NCBI GenBank assembly: GCA_951406725.2
Contig: OX597829.1
Span: 40,734,001-40,798,000, forward strand
Reading direction: 5' to 3'
From: Octopus vulgaris
Taxonomy: Eukaryota
Length of the DNA: 64,000 bases
Below the pieces are notes generated by a model that did no database searches, was not told the DNA's origin, and saw only the letters and a program-made list of their open reading frames with translations. Below, one piece after another: positions 15,476 to 28,943 of this stretch (position 1 is its first letter; every line of letters begins with the position of its first letter). The position numbers were made by a program, and so were the translations under genes.

Positions 15476-16097
15476 AAGCAGTTTGCTTCCCAACCATGTA
15501 GTTTCAGGTTCAGTCCCACAGTGTGGTACATTGAGCAAGTATCTTCTACTATAGCCTGAAGCTAACCAAAGCTTTGTGAATGAACCTGGTAGATGGAAAC
15601 TGAAGAAACTGAAAGAAGCCCGTTTATATGTGTGTATGTGTGTGCACGCATTTTACAAAAGACAAAAAAACAAAACAAATCTGTTTCACATACCAGTGAC
15701 ACATACAAGTCACCTTGTGCCGGTGACTTATAAAAAGGCAACCACTATTTTCTTGGAATGGTTGGTGCTAAGAAGGGCATTACAGCCATAGAAATCAAGC
15801 TAAAATCAGACTGGAGCCTGGTACAGTTCTCCAGTTTATCAATTCCAGTCAAACTGTCTAACTCACGCCAGTTTGGAAAATGGACATTAACAGATGGTGG
15901 TAGCGGTAGCAGCAAAAGTGTTGCAGCTGCAGCACTAATACACTCTATATCTCATCCATAATACAGCCACATTAGATCCATGGTGATTTTTTTACCATTC
16001 CATTTAAGTCTTGTACACTGGCAGATAAGATATTTTGCATTGCTTTTTCGTTTTTTTTTGACATGTATTTTAATTTTTTTTTGTTTTTGACATGTAT

Positions 16098-16319
16098 ACT
16101 CTTTACTTTTTTACTTGTTTCAGTCGTTTGACTGTGGCCATGCTGGAGCACCGCCTTTAGTCAAGCAAATCGACCCCCAGGACTTAGTCTTTGTAAGCCT
16201 AGTACTTATTCTATCGGTCTCTTTTGCTGAATTGCTAAGTTATGGGGACGTAAACACACCAGCATCGGTTGTCAAGCGATGTTGGGGGGACAAACACAAA
16301 CACACACACACACACACAC

Positions 16320-16383
<64 letters not shown>

Positions 16384-16522
16384 GCATACATATGACGGGC
16401 TTCTTTCGGTTTCTGTCTACCAAATCCACTCACAAGGTTTTGGTCAGCCTGAGGCTATAGTAGAAGACACTTGCCCAAGGTGCCACGCAGTGAGACTGAA
16501 CCCACACAGCCACTCCTATGCC
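16098..16522 (-). mobile_element. SINE family A (internal deletion in the tRNA head)
   Basis: Family A match; ctgaaccc joins directly to acacagcc. Confidence 0.8.
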
Positions 16523-16831
16523 TATGGTAATGTTTTTTTGTTTGTATACTTTATTGTTTATTTTATTTTATTTGTACGGAGGATAAGTTAGATATTTATA
16601 TGTAGAATTTCCTCTCTTCTTTTAGATCCTGATGACTACTCAAATGTCCCTTTAGGGAGTATCAGTAAAACTAGTCCAGCATTGTTACCTCTGCAGAGGA
16701 TTAAAGAAGCTTCAGAGTAAGTATTTCACAACATTGATTTTTTCTCTTTTCTTTTCCTCTCCCTCTTTTTCTTTATACTCAGCTGCTTTTTTTTTTTTTT
16801 TTGGCTTTTTTTAATAACTTCTATTTTCAGT

Positions 16832-17131
16832 TTTGGGATTTGGTTTTCAAGATTCTTTATATGAGTTCGTGTGTTGAAGCATATTCTGTTGTGTCTGGGG
16901 AGAGTCGTTTTCTTTTTGTGCCTTATTATGTAACACACTCACCGGTAAAATTTCCATGTTTTTTTTCTTATTTTTATTTTCCTAAAAACTATTGAAAACT
17001 ATTGAAAAGGTTGCAAGACGCAACGAAAATTTTAGGAAAATAAAAATAAGAAAAACTTGGAAATTTTACCGGTGAGTGTGTTACATAATAAGGCACAAAA
17101 AGAAAATGACTCTCCCAAGACACAATAGAAT
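16832..17131. mobile_element. Fold-back insertion (~105-bp arms, 42-nt loop, tail) with 13-bp flanking direct repeat
   Basis: Arms 16883-16987 and 17030-17131; TTCTATTTTCAGT at 16819-16831 and 17131-17143. Confidence 0.75.
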
Positions 17132-17715
17132 TCTATTTTCAGTATTGGTCTGTAATTCTAATACACCTTTACTTACTGATTATCAGAAGAACAAAAAACT
17201 AAAACTAACTCCACTCCAACCTACAAATCTTCTCTTATGCTCACCATCTTGTATCTTGAGAGTTTGCTCTGTCTTTCTATAACTGCCTTCTTTATCTTCT
17301 TTGGCTTCCCAGTTATTTCTATTCGCCCTTATATAATGTGGGATAACCATGTATCTTTTCCTATTTTTAATCATCGCCTTCATCATCATTATTATCAGTC
17401 TTATCATCATCCCCATTCTCATCATCATCATCATCATCATGAAGGTGGTGATTCGGCAGAATCACTACTGCACCAAACGAAATTCTTCACATCATTCCTT
17501 ACAGTTTGTGTTGAAATTGCTGCCAAGGTCAACTTCACCCTTTTTTATCTTTTCAGGGTCAATAAAATAAAGCACCTGTCATTTATTGGGTTCAGTTTAA
17601 TTGACTCGTGCCTCCCATGAAAAATCCTGGTCTTGTAAAGAATTATAATCATAATCATAATAATAATATCATCATCATCATAATCATCATCATCATAGTC
17701 ATAATAATAATAATA

Positions 17716-17750
<35 letters not shown>

Positions 17751-17979
17751 CATAATCATTGCCATCATCTGATATAGAAATAGGAAAAATTTGGGCCCGG
17801 GGAGGGAGGGTCTCTTCTTTGGTTCATCCTTAACCTTTGATATTTCATTTTGCAAGGGACAAAAACTTACCTACTTTGAACAGAGAAAAAAAAAAGGAAC
17901 TGTTTTATCTATATGTCCTTTTTGATTTTTTTCATGATGCTCTCTCAGTATATTATGTCTGTTTATATATTACATGTGT

Positions 17980-18255
17980 GGAGGCGCATTGGCCTAGTGG
18001 TTTCAATTCCCAGACTTGGCATTGTGAGTGTTTATTGAGTGAAAACACCTAAAGCTCCAAGAGGCTCTGGCAGGGGGTGGTGGCAATCCCTGCTGTACTC
18101 TTTCACCACAACTTTCTCTCACTCTTTCTTCTGTTGGCCTGCACGCTCAGCCAGCAGTGTGGCGTCATTTGAAGGCTAAAACAGAGCGAAGCGCATTGTG
18201 ACCAGCGATGTGTAGCAACATCTGATAGCCTGGTCAGTCATGTGATCACATGATA
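17980..18255 (+). mobile_element. SINE related to family E with a different 3' tail
   Basis: ggaggcgcattggcctagtgg...aaacacctaaagctcca...cacaactttctctcactctttc shared with 47489-47795; its tail also occurs alone at ~8357-8468 (-). Confidence 0.65.
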
Positions 18256-18664
18256 TATTACATGTATAATTCAAGTGCCCTAGGTGCACTGTATATAGCA
18301 TAGCTGTACTATGGGTTTACTACATGTTCTCACGATGCTTACTATGCATTTTATAGTGTTCTATGTATACTGTAGATAGATTGGCGAACAAAACCGTTTT
18401 CTACAGTTGAGAGTAAAGTAATTTTAAGAGGCTATATCTGATTTATACAGTAAAAGGATTAAAGAGGGAAAGATCTATCAGTTCCATTTCACATCTAAGA
18501 AGCTTCATGATATATTAATGATAGAGTTACCAACTCCCTGTACATCACCACATGCTTGAAATGCACCTGTACTCTACCATCACATCCAACCAATCTTTCT
18601 TTATTGCAGTGTCTTCTCCAATCATCTGATTGGCTAACTCTTTCACTGCAACATCAAGCTTTAA

Positions 18665-18892
18665 CCCTTTCGTTACCAACCCGGCTGAAGCCGGCTCTGG
18701 CTCTGTAGTACAAATGTTTTGTTTTCTATAAGTTTTGTATTAAAGTCTTCCACCAAACCTTAGTCACATTTTACGTTCCTAAAACTAGCTGAATGATAAC
18801 CATAACCAAGTTATTTTACTAAATTCTTTGTTATATTTAAAGTAATTGAAAGAAACACAGAGCATCTCAAAATAAATACAGTAACGAAAGGA
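18665..18892. mobile_element. piggyBac-type MITE
   Basis: TTAA|CCCTTTCGTTAC ... GTAACGAAAGGA|TTAA (12-bp TIR, TTAA TSD). Second copy at 49454-49674. Confidence 0.8.
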
Positions 18893-19214
18893 TTAAATGA
18901 TGTTAAATATCTACCAAAAAATAGAATTGATATTTCCCGCAAGTCTGATTCCTATAATAAACTTGATAGACCCCATCTAAAAAAAAAAAGGAAAAAAAAT
19001 AGTTTCAAATTTGACATTTTGTATCAAAAGATAGGTTAGTGTATAAGACTGTTTTCTGCAATTAAGGGCAATGAAATTTTGAATGAATATATTTGATTTT
19101 CTACATTAAAAGGGTTAATGACTTAGAAAGTCAGTTGATTGAATAACTAAATGTTCTTCAGTAGAACTGACGGTGGATCTATTTTGCATTTTACAGGTAT
19201 ACCATGCATATGCA

Positions 19215-19245
<31 letters not shown>

Positions 19246-19354
19246 GACAAACAGACAGACAGACAGTGTGTCAATAGCCAGCTGGAGCTACAAGCTACAA
19301 TACCATCAACACTTAAGGGTTAGCTACATTTAGGTGGTAAACATACTTCACAAT

Positions 19355-19630
19355 AACAATTGCAGTGTGGAAGGTGTTTGTAAGCCATTTAAGAAACACA
19401 CAAAAGCCGTTCGATTCACTTCAACATTTAAGTTTAATTTGCCAAAATATTTTCGTCGCTATAAGACCGCGACGAAAATATTTTGGCAAATTAAACTTAA
19501 ATGTTGAAGTGAATCGAACGGCTTTTGTGTGTTTCTTAAATGGCTTACAAACACCTTCCACGCTGCAATTGTTTTCGTTCCAGCACACGATCTCAGATCA
19601 AATCACTTGCTATGCGAGTACATCTCCGTA
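19355..19630. mobile_element. Fold-back insertion (105-bp inverted arms plus tail) with 12-bp TSD, probably Penelope-like-element derived
   Basis: Arms 19355-19459 and 19469-19573 with a 9-nt loop; ATACTTCACAAT at 19343-19354 and 19631-19642. Confidence 0.8.
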
Positions 19631-19698
19631 ATACTTCACAATGTCTTGCGGCTACTGTTTATACCTCACTCAGAGATTTATATATATATATATGTATG

Positions 19699-19782
<84 letters not shown>

Positions 19783-20061
19783 CATACATACATACATACA
19801 ATGTGTATATATTGCAAGTGTAGAGGTTGTTTTCTTTGTTTATTATAGGTATATTATAAATACTTTATTATATACCGAAGGTACAATAGATATATATGTA
19901 CTTTCAGATGTATGTTGCCCACCCCTCCTCCTTTCGCACACATCAATGTATTTACAAAAACTGTTGTCACATGACCCATGGGTTTTGTCATCTTTTCTCT
20001 GTTTTTTCCCTTTTCCTCTTCCCATTCTCACTCTTTCTCCCCCACCACCACCACCACCTCA

Positions 20062-20108
<47 letters not shown>

Positions 20109-20347
20109 AGCACACACACTCACAATGCACACCAGTCACATGTCAAAGCAGAACAAACAAACAAACAAACAAAAACACAAAACAAAAAAAAAAGAGCCTC
20201 TGGATGACTGATGCAGGATGTGATATTTTTGAATGTAAGTGATGAGTATGTCATATGTGGTGGGGTGGGTGGGTGGGTGGATGGGTGTGTGAGAGAGAGA
20301 AAGAAAGAAAAAGAGGAACTATGTTTTTCCTTCTACTCCCTGTTTCT

Positions 20348-20583
20348 TATTTCTTTACTACCCACAAGGGGCTAATTAACGTAGAGGGGACAAGCAAGGA
20401 CAGACAAAGGGATTAAGTCGATTACATCGACCCCAGTGCGTAACTGGTACTTAATTTATCGAACCCCCGAAAGGATGAAAGGCAAAGTCGACCTCGGCGG
20501 AATTTGAACTCAGAACGTAACAGCAGACGAAATACGGCTACGCATTTCGCCCGGCGTGCTAACGGTTCTGCCAGCTCGCCGCC
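20348..20583 (-). mobile_element. SINE family B (young, CpG-rich)
   Basis: Full-length reverse match ending ctgccagctcgccgcc. Confidence 0.85.
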
Positions 20584-21750
20584 TTCATCTACTCTACTCT
20601 CTGTTTCTGTCTTTTTCACCCAAATATTCACACACAATGTGACTGAGAGTGGTTTCTGTTTATCTGTCTCTTCTCCATATATACCTCCGTTCCGTTCTCC
20701 CCCATCCCCACCCTTCTCTCTCTTACTGGACCACTCTCAATGAGATTCTAATAAAGTCCCTTACATATTTGGTTTGGTGGATAAAAGGCATTCTCATTAT
20801 GACCCTCTCTACATTGTCTAATGTGTCTTTTCTTTATTTAAGACAGTGTTATTTAAAAAAAAGAAAAATAGGCTGTTATTTCTAGCAGATTGAGTGATCA
20901 CTTAGAAGATAATCGACTTAATCCATTTGTCTGTCCTTGTTTGTCCCCACTATGTTTAGCCCCTTGTGGGTAGTAAAGAAATAAGAAACTGAAAGAAGCC
21001 CATCATATATATATTTCTTTTTTGCCCACAAGGGGCTAAACATAGAGGGGACTAACAAGGACAGAAAAGGGATTAAGTCAATTACATCGACCCCAGTGCA
21101 AAACTGGTACTTTATTTATCGACCCCAAAAGGATGAAAGGCAAAGTCAACCTTGGCCGAATTTGAACTCAGAACGTAACGACAGACGAAATACTGCTAAG
21201 CATGTGTGTGTGTGTGTCTGTCCTCCCATCACTACTTGACAACCGGTGTTGGTGTGTTTACATCCCCATAACTTAGCAGTTCAGCAAAGTGACAAATAGA
21301 ATAATTACCAGGCTTGAAGAAAAAAATAAGGACTGGGATTGATTCATTCAACTAAAAATTCAAGGTGGTGCACCAGCATGGCCACAGCCTAATGACTGAA
21401 ACAGATAAAAGATATAGCAGATTACTTGCCGCTCTGTGTTGCTTAACATTATGAATATCAGAACCCTTGTAAGACCAAATTTGGTTTTTCGTTCTTCCAA
21501 AGTCAATAAAATAAGTTACCATGCCAACGAATAAAAAAATTTACTTTATTTACTGTAATTGTATATAATGTTAACTCCCACGTATTGAACCTAAATATCG
21601 GTCGTGTATTTGACCGTTAGAGGAATTCATTTGTGTTTGGTAGGAGTAGAGAAGAATTCAATTTGGCACTCTGTGTCTGAAAAGGAGTAAAAAATTTATT
21701 CAAATTTCAAAAGCAATAGAAAAGAGTTGCTGAGAAAGAATAGAGCTACA

Positions 21751-21807
<57 letters not shown>

Positions 21808-22285
21808 AAATGCTATGATAAAAATATTTTTCTTGTTAATTGAAACAACACTGGAAAGGATTGAAATAAATAGGAAAAGGACGAATTCATTTGTCTATCT
21901 AATAGTTTATCCTTTTTTTTTTTTAATTTTTTTTTTTTTTCTTACACTCCACAATTGCTGCTGCACAGTTTTTCCACACTGCTACCATGCCAAATATGAT
22001 GCTGGAGCTCAACACGGCCCTGCGGCTCACCAATTTCCTGTCAAAAGCGAAACGTTAACTGATGAGAATGAGAATGATGCTGTAGGACGATTGTCGTTTT
22101 AGAAGTGCTGTAGTTCAGAAGTTCTCAACTACATGAATCCTTAGGGGTTCATATAAGGATGCATTTTAGAAACATAATAGGGCTTTTTTTTTTGAAGTAT
22201 CAAATGGCGTAGGTAGTCCGATTAGATAAATTAAGAAACAAAGAGGACCCATAGGCAAAAAAAATTGTTGAAAACCACTGATATA

Positions 22286-22690
22286 CTCTCTTTCTCTCTT
22301 TTACTCTCTTTTACTTGTTTCAGTCATTTGACTGCGGCCATGCTGGAGCACCGCCTTTAGTCGAGCAACTCGACCCCGGGACTTATTCTTTTGTAAGCCC
22401 AGTACTTATTCTATCGGTCTCTTTTGCCAAAACCGCTAAGTAACGGGGACATAAACACACCAGCATCGGTTGTCAAGCAATGCTAGAGGGACAAACACAC
22501 ACACGCATATGTATATATACATATATACGATTGGCTTCTTTCAGTTTCCATCTACCAAATCCACTCACAAGGCTTTGGTCGGCCCGAGGCTATAGTAGAA
22601 GACACTTGCCCAAGGTGCCACGCAGTGGGACTGAACCCGAAACCATGTGATTGGTAAACAAGCTACTTACCACACAGCCACTCCTGCGCC
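22286..22690 (-). mobile_element. SINE family A
   Basis: Full-length family A match. Confidence 0.85.
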
Positions 22691-22721
22691 TATGTATGTA
22701 TATATATATGTATGTATATAT

Positions 22722-22755
<34 letters not shown>

Positions 22756-23137
22756 TGTATATATGTGCAAATGTATGTATAGTGTAGTGTAGCGAATTGA
22801 AAAATTTAGATTATTCATGCATATATATATATATATATACTAAATACCCAAAGTTATATTTAATTTGCAATATATTATCATTTAGCCAAAAATTTGGAAC
22901 GTAGATCTGAAAATTTTTTCTTGTAGATATTGAACCATTGGATTGGTTATTTAGTAAGTATGTCTCTACATTGTCTACAATTGAATGGAATTGTACTTGG
23001 ATATAACAATTTTAATTTTTAAAAAGTTGTTTCAAACTTTCGGCCACGACTGTACGCATCAACACAGCAATTTATCTTCCAAAAGAAATGCTTTTGCGAA
23101 AGTTATGACGAAGCTAGCAAAATACAAGCACCTTGAT

Positions 23138-23690
23138 TCATCATCATCATCATTGTTCGACTGTGGTCAAGACAATGGAACTTACTATGTTACGCCAGAC
23201 TTCACGGTCCATCATAGCATTACGGAGATCCTGTTGCTGGATGCCTGTATCCCTGGAGATTAGATCAGGGTAGGAGAGTGTGCGCCCTCTGGTATCGCAA
23301 GTAGATGGCTTCCAGAGGAGAAGGGTAGAAATTACCTCGTTTTCAGCTCTACAACAATGTCAAGCAAACTGGACTCTTCTACCTTTCAAAAGAGATGATA
23401 CAGGTGGTCGTTTTCCATATATTTGTATTTTGATTGGATGACACTTCCATGAGAGATTTTGAGCTCTCATAAGGAGGCGAGTGTAAGTTCCATCCAACCG
23501 CCTCTCAAGCTTCTTTGATAACGTCCAGACTTGATTCATAGCATGAAGATCAAAATGGTACTAGTGTTTGTTGTGTCGCAAATGGAAAAGTTCACCAGCT
23601 ATATCCTAGGTAACATCAATATTTGTACAGTCTAAGAAGATCACCTTATTGAGACAGTCCACATATTGTTTGAGAGTATTGTCAGTCAGG
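23138..23690 (-). mobile_element. RTE-clade (RTE-X-like) LINE 3' fragment with (TGA)n tail
   Basis: Minus strand translates WTLSKKLERRLDGTYTRLLMRAQNLSWKCHP...KGRRVQFA*HCCRAENEVISTLLLWKP...LSYPDLISRDTGIQQQDLRNAMMDREVWRNIV, a typical RTE C-terminus with an in-frame stop, followed by a short tgatgatga tail. Confidence 0.85.
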
Positions 23691-24404
23691 TGATTTTTTA
23701 AAAAAATATTTTTCCTATTAATGCCTCAGGCCCATAGTTTTGAGACCCTCCCTACAGGATATAAAACAAGAAACACAAAAGGAACAACAACTAATAATAA
23801 TAATGATAATAATAATAATGATATGTCTAAAGAAGGAACAATATAATTATAGAGCTGGCCTGGGAACTTCAGTCCTCTGTTATTTCATGAGCAGACAAGT
23901 TTCAGCAAGATTTAGTTCTCAAATTATGCTTTTTTTTATTACTGCCACAACCAACACCACTACCAACACTACTACTACTACTACCACCATTATCATCACC
24001 ATCATCATCATCATGAGCTTTTATTTCTACAACTGTTGTGTGTGTGAGCTACCCCACCTTCTCGTTCTAATTTATTGTTTAACTGAAACTTAATCTTGAA
24101 GGACATCTAGTATTTCCACATCAGATCATTGTTGTTTGTGGGTTTTATTTTATTTTTTTTATTATTTTTATTTATTTATTTATTTGTTTGCTTGTTTGTT
24201 TGTGCTGTGTTAAGAGTTCTGTATGATGTAAAAGAAATTTGTGGTGGGGTTTTGTTGTGTGAGTAATAGATGCCTCTCTTATAAGAAATTAGCAAGTGCA
24301 AGTTTGAGAGGATTGTAATGTTTGGTCACTTGACATGCTTGGAAACAGCTGCTAAATTTCCCTCAAATTACTGGTTTCCCCGTCTTAAAATAGGACGGTC
24401 ACAT

Positions 24405-25115
24405 TCATCATCATCATCATCGTTTAACGTCCGCTTTCAATGCTAGCATGGGTTGGACGATTTTGACTGAGGACTGGCGAACCAGATGGCTGCACCAGGC
24501 TCAAATCTGATCTGGCAGAGTTTCTACAGCTGGATGCCCTTCCTAACGCCAACCACTCCGAGAGTGTAGTGGGTGCTTTTTACGTGCCACCGGCACGAGG
24601 GTCAGTCTGGCGGCACTGGCAATGGCCACACTCGAAAATGGTGTTTTTTACGTGCCACCTGCACAGGTATCAGTCCAGCAGCACTGGCAACGCCCTTGCT
24701 CTAATGTTTTGTTCACATGCCACCGGCACAAGTGCCAGTGAGGTGATGCTGACAACAATCACGCTCAAATGGTGCTCTTTACGTGCCAGACAGCTGCTGT
24801 GGCAGTGATCCTGCTTGGATGGAGCTGTTAGCACTCCACTGGCATGGGTGTCAGTCATAGAATTTGGTTCAATTTCAATTTCACTTGCCCTACAGGTCTT
24901 CGCAAGCAGAGTTTAGTGTCCAGTGAAGGGTGGTTGGCATGGGTGCCAGTCGACGAATTTGGTTCGATTTCAAATTCAATTTTGATTTCACTTGCCTCAA
25001 CAGGTCTTCGCAAGCAGAGTTTTGTGTCCAAAGAAGGAAAGGTATGCATAAGTGGGCTGGCTACATCCTGGTAAAGGCCATGGGTTATGGTCTCACTTGT
25101 CCTGCACAGCATATT
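24405..25115 (-). mobile_element. Family C RTE 3' UTR fragment with internal duplication
   Basis: Same tail and UTR; the cacttgcc...caggtcttcgcaagcagagttt unit is duplicated at ~24880 and ~24988. Confidence 0.75.
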
Positions 25116-25664
25116 TCCAAAGGTCATTTAATTCTGGATATATAAACAAAAACAGGAAAGGTCATGGATGGTTCACCTTTGATTATAAATCTGCTGTATC
25201 AGAGCAACGACAGATCTTTATTAGGATAAATTGACATTCTTCATATTGTTAAGGTTTTTTGCTTTAATTGCTTATACACAAGGAAAGGACCATACTCATG
25301 ACCCCCTTCAGGGCCTCAAAGCCTGGTGAGAGGGAGTGAGAGAGAGAGAGAGACGAAGGTACCTTCAAATTGAAGATGTGACCTGATTGATTCTAATAGT
25401 GAAGACTTCATTAAAGGTACCTAGATACCTGACGCTAATGCTAAATGGGGTGACAAATTAAGCCTACCACCTGTTTCTGCCATGGCATGATTTTGGACTC
25501 AGAATATCGAGAACTGGAAAATACCACCACAAGGCTTCTCTCTCTTTCTCTCACACACACACCAATGTTCTAACAATTCAGCCAACATATAGACTTTATT
25601 TATTAACCCTGGAAGGATGACAAAGGGCTAAGCTGACCTTGATGGATTTTGAACTCAAGTGACC

Positions 25665-26057
25665 CGCTGTTCTTGAGGAGACCTGTTGAGTCAAGAACGT
25701 CAAAATAAAAATTCAAATGGAAATTGTAGTTAAGACATCCGTGCCGGTGACATGTAAAAAGCACCATCCAAATGTGGCAAATACTAGCACCACCTGACTG
25801 GCATCCGTGTCGGTGACACGTAAAAGCACCAACCGATCATGGACGTTTGTCAGCCTGCTCTGGCCCCTGTGCCGGTGGCACGTAAAAAACACCCACTACA
25901 CCCACGGAGTGGTTGGCGTTAGGAAGGGCATCCAGCTGTAGAAACGCTGCCAAATCAGACTAGAGCCTGGTGCAGCCTCCATGGCTTACCAGACCCCGGT
26001 CGAACCATCCAACCCATGCTAGCATGGAAAACAAATGTTAAATGATGATGATGATGA
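25665..26057 (+). mobile_element. Family C RTE 3' UTR fragment
   Basis: Subrepeats, ggagtggttggcgttaggaagggcatcc and a (GAT)n tail. Confidence 0.75.
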
Positions 26058-26099
26058 CTGCAAGAAACCAGAATCTCTTCACCTTCTACACCAATTATT

Positions 26100-26640
26100 C
26101 TTGAGAGGGTCTTGTGGGCACCTCTTCCTTAGTTGCTATCAGAAACGACTATTATTACACTCTCCTGCTGTTTTCTCAAGCATGGTCAACTGAGATTGTG
26201 GATATTATCCAAACATTTTGTTCCGGGGCTACTACCCCTAGGTCTCCTGCCAGTAATTCTTTTCTGTGACATTTTAATCATGTATCTGTAGTACCAGTGC
26301 TGTGGCTCCTCTCAATGCAGAGAGAAGTTCCAGCTTGACCTGGAGATGTCTTGTAATGTCACTCAATAGATCCTTCAGAGGAACTCCATTTTGGCCAGTT
26401 GTATTTGAAATTGTATTCTGTCAGTCATTACCCAGCATTCATGACAATACGTTGGGGATTGGCATAAAAACCAAATTGAAGAAAGCAAGTTTGACTTCTA
26501 TACCAACCTCTCCTCATCTGAAGATCTCATGCTGGAATTGGCACATAACTGCACCAATATCTTTTACTGTAGCATCCAATTTAGAGTCTCCTGTTTCCCA
26601 AGAGGAGAAGCCAAAATGCTGCAGTGTGTTTCATCCACCA
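26100..26640 (-). mobile_element. Old RTE-clade LINE fragment (Expander/Rex3-like C-terminus)
   Basis: Minus strand gives HECWVMTDRIQFQIQLAKMEFL*R, LCIERSH and TGRRPRGSSPGTKCLDNI, resembling HELWVMTER..IQAAEMSFLRR / LRIERSQLRW / TGRRPRGRPRTRW of Rex3-type RTEs. Multiple stops and frameshifts. Confidence 0.75.
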
Positions 26641-27909
26641 TGGAATATGATTAATCAATCAATTCATTTATTAATTGTTTAATCAATTCATTCGTCCTGT
26701 TAATTTGATTTCTACTTCATGTTATGTTGACTGCACCTGGTCAGTTTTGATAAAGCAAACCAATATAATGGAAGTAATTAAATCGGTATTTCTAGATCTT
26801 TCTGTCATGTCTGTACTGTAGAATAAGGTGTTGCGGGATACCATGTCTTAACAATTTAGCATCCGGAATACTTTGTCTCATGTAATACTTATTTCTTCAC
26901 ATAAATGATGCTTTATCTTCTAGCTACAAAATGTTTATTTTTAGAATGACATTGTAGGGTAGGTGGGATAGGTTAGATCTGGCCAGTTTGAACAAGAAAG
27001 ATGTAGGATATCTGGGCTGGTTGATTGTTTATTTTTAGAATGACATTGTAGAGCAGGTGGGATAGGTTAGATCTGGCTTCTTTGAACATAAAATAGGTAG
27101 AATATTTGGGCTGGAACGGTCGGTTGAAACCAGTGGTTTTCAACCAGGGTCCATATAAGATTTTTGGGGGTCCATGCAACAGAATGGTAAATTGGGGATG
27201 CACAATAGTATTTTAGGGGCCCCTGAAAAGAATTTTGCTTTAGATGTATGTATTGATATGTATTGCAAGAAACAGCTAGGTTTCTTTTCTCTAACATTTT
27301 ACATAGCTTAACCTGCATGAGTTAATGTGTGAAGAACAAAATGCTTAGCGGTATTTCGTCTGTCGCTACATTCTGAGTTCAAATTGCATCAAGGTCGACT
27401 TTGCCTTTCATCTCTTCGGGGTCGTTTAAATAAGTACCAGTTACGCACTGGGTTCGATATAATCGACTTAATCCAGTTGTCTGTCCATTTTTGTCCTCTC
27501 TGTGTTTAGCCCCCTGTGGGTAGTAAAGAAATAGGAATTTTCAGATTTGTGAGGAATTAAGAAAGGGTTGTTGTATTGCTACATGACAAGCTTGGCTTGG
27601 CCTGCCTTGGCACTGTTTCGGCTAGGTAGTGTTGGATGGAGTTTGTTTCTTCCTTGGGGCGGCTGTATTTTTATTTGTTAGTGTAGGTAGTTGTGTTTGT
27701 GTGTGTAAGGATATGTTAATTTGGACCACTGAGATTTTTGGTCATAAAAATTAGAGGTGAATATAGATCCTTAGCCAGTGGCTAAGAATGGTGATTTGGC
27801 TTTTAATAGGAAGGGAAAAGGGCAAGGGGGAAATCTTATTTATTGAGAAATGAAATTGAAAGTGTGATAGAATAGAAGTTTTTAAGTATTTTTTGTTTAT
27901 GAACTAAGT

Positions 27910-28285
27910 TACTCTTTAATCTTTTACTTGTTTCAGTCATTTGACTGCAGCTATGCTGGAGCACTGCCTTTATAGTCGAGCAAATCGATCCCAGAGCTTA
28001 TTCTTTGTAAGCCTAGTACTTACTCTTTTGCCAAACCACTAAGTTACGGGGATGTAAGCACACCAGCATCAGTCGTCAAGCGATGTTGGGGAGACAAACA
28101 CAAACACGCCAACACATACATACACATACATATATACGACGGGCTTCTTTCAGTTTCCGTCTGCCAAATCCACTCACAAGGCTTTGGTCGGCCCGAGGCT
28201 ATAGTAGAAGACACTTGCCCAAGGTGCCATGCAGTGGGACTGAACCCGGGACCATGTGGTTGGTTAAGCAAGCTACTTACCACAC
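27910..28285 (-). mobile_element. SINE family A
   Basis: Family A match. Confidence 0.8.
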
Positions 28286-28554
28286 GTTCATATTGTGAGA
28301 GGATGTGTTTTGTGGTGGGGTCGCTTTAAGTTGGATGCCTATGTTTGCACGCGCGTGTGTGTGTGTGTGAATGGTAGGATTAATGTGCACGAGGGTAGGT
28401 GAAGTGAGGGGTGGGTTGCTTCATACGGTAGAACTTCTGTGAACTAAAACTGCACATGCAAAAAAAAACATTCACAGAAAATGTCCCTGACGTATATATG
28501 CAAACACACACAAACACATGCTGATCCGTTTTGTGTGTATGCATACTTTCTTTC

Positions 28555-28943
28555 TCTCTTTTACTCTCTTTTACTTGTTTCAGTCATTTGACTGCGGCCA
28601 TGCTGGAGCACCGCCTTTAGTCGAGCAAATCGGGACTTATTCTTTTGTAAGCCCAGTATTTATTCTATCGGTCTCTTTTGCCGAACCGCTAAGTGACGGG
28701 GACGTAAACACACCAGCATCGGTTGTCAAGCAATGCTAGGGGGACAAACACACACACGCATATGTATATATACATATATACGACGGGCTTCTTTCAGTTT
28801 CCGTCTACCAAATCCACTCACAAGGCTTTGGTCGGCCCGAGGCTATAGTAGAAGACACTTGCCCAAGGTGCCATGCAGTGGGACTGAACCCGGAACCATG
28901 TGGTTGGTAAGCAAGCTACTTACCACACAGCCACTCCTGCGCC
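28555..28943 (-). mobile_element. SINE family A
   Basis: Family A match. Confidence 0.85.

Noticed and set aside
16622-16705. CTGATGA-CTACTC...GAGTA...AAAACTAGTC as another hammerhead
   Set aside because: The core is present, but GAAA is missing its G and stem I does not adjoin the triplet. Too degenerate to call without a family consensus.
21950-22102. Possible upstream KLF exon (HNCCCTVFPHCYHAKY...)
   Set aside because: No convincing acceptor-donor pair, stops before any donor, and no KLF N-terminal motif.
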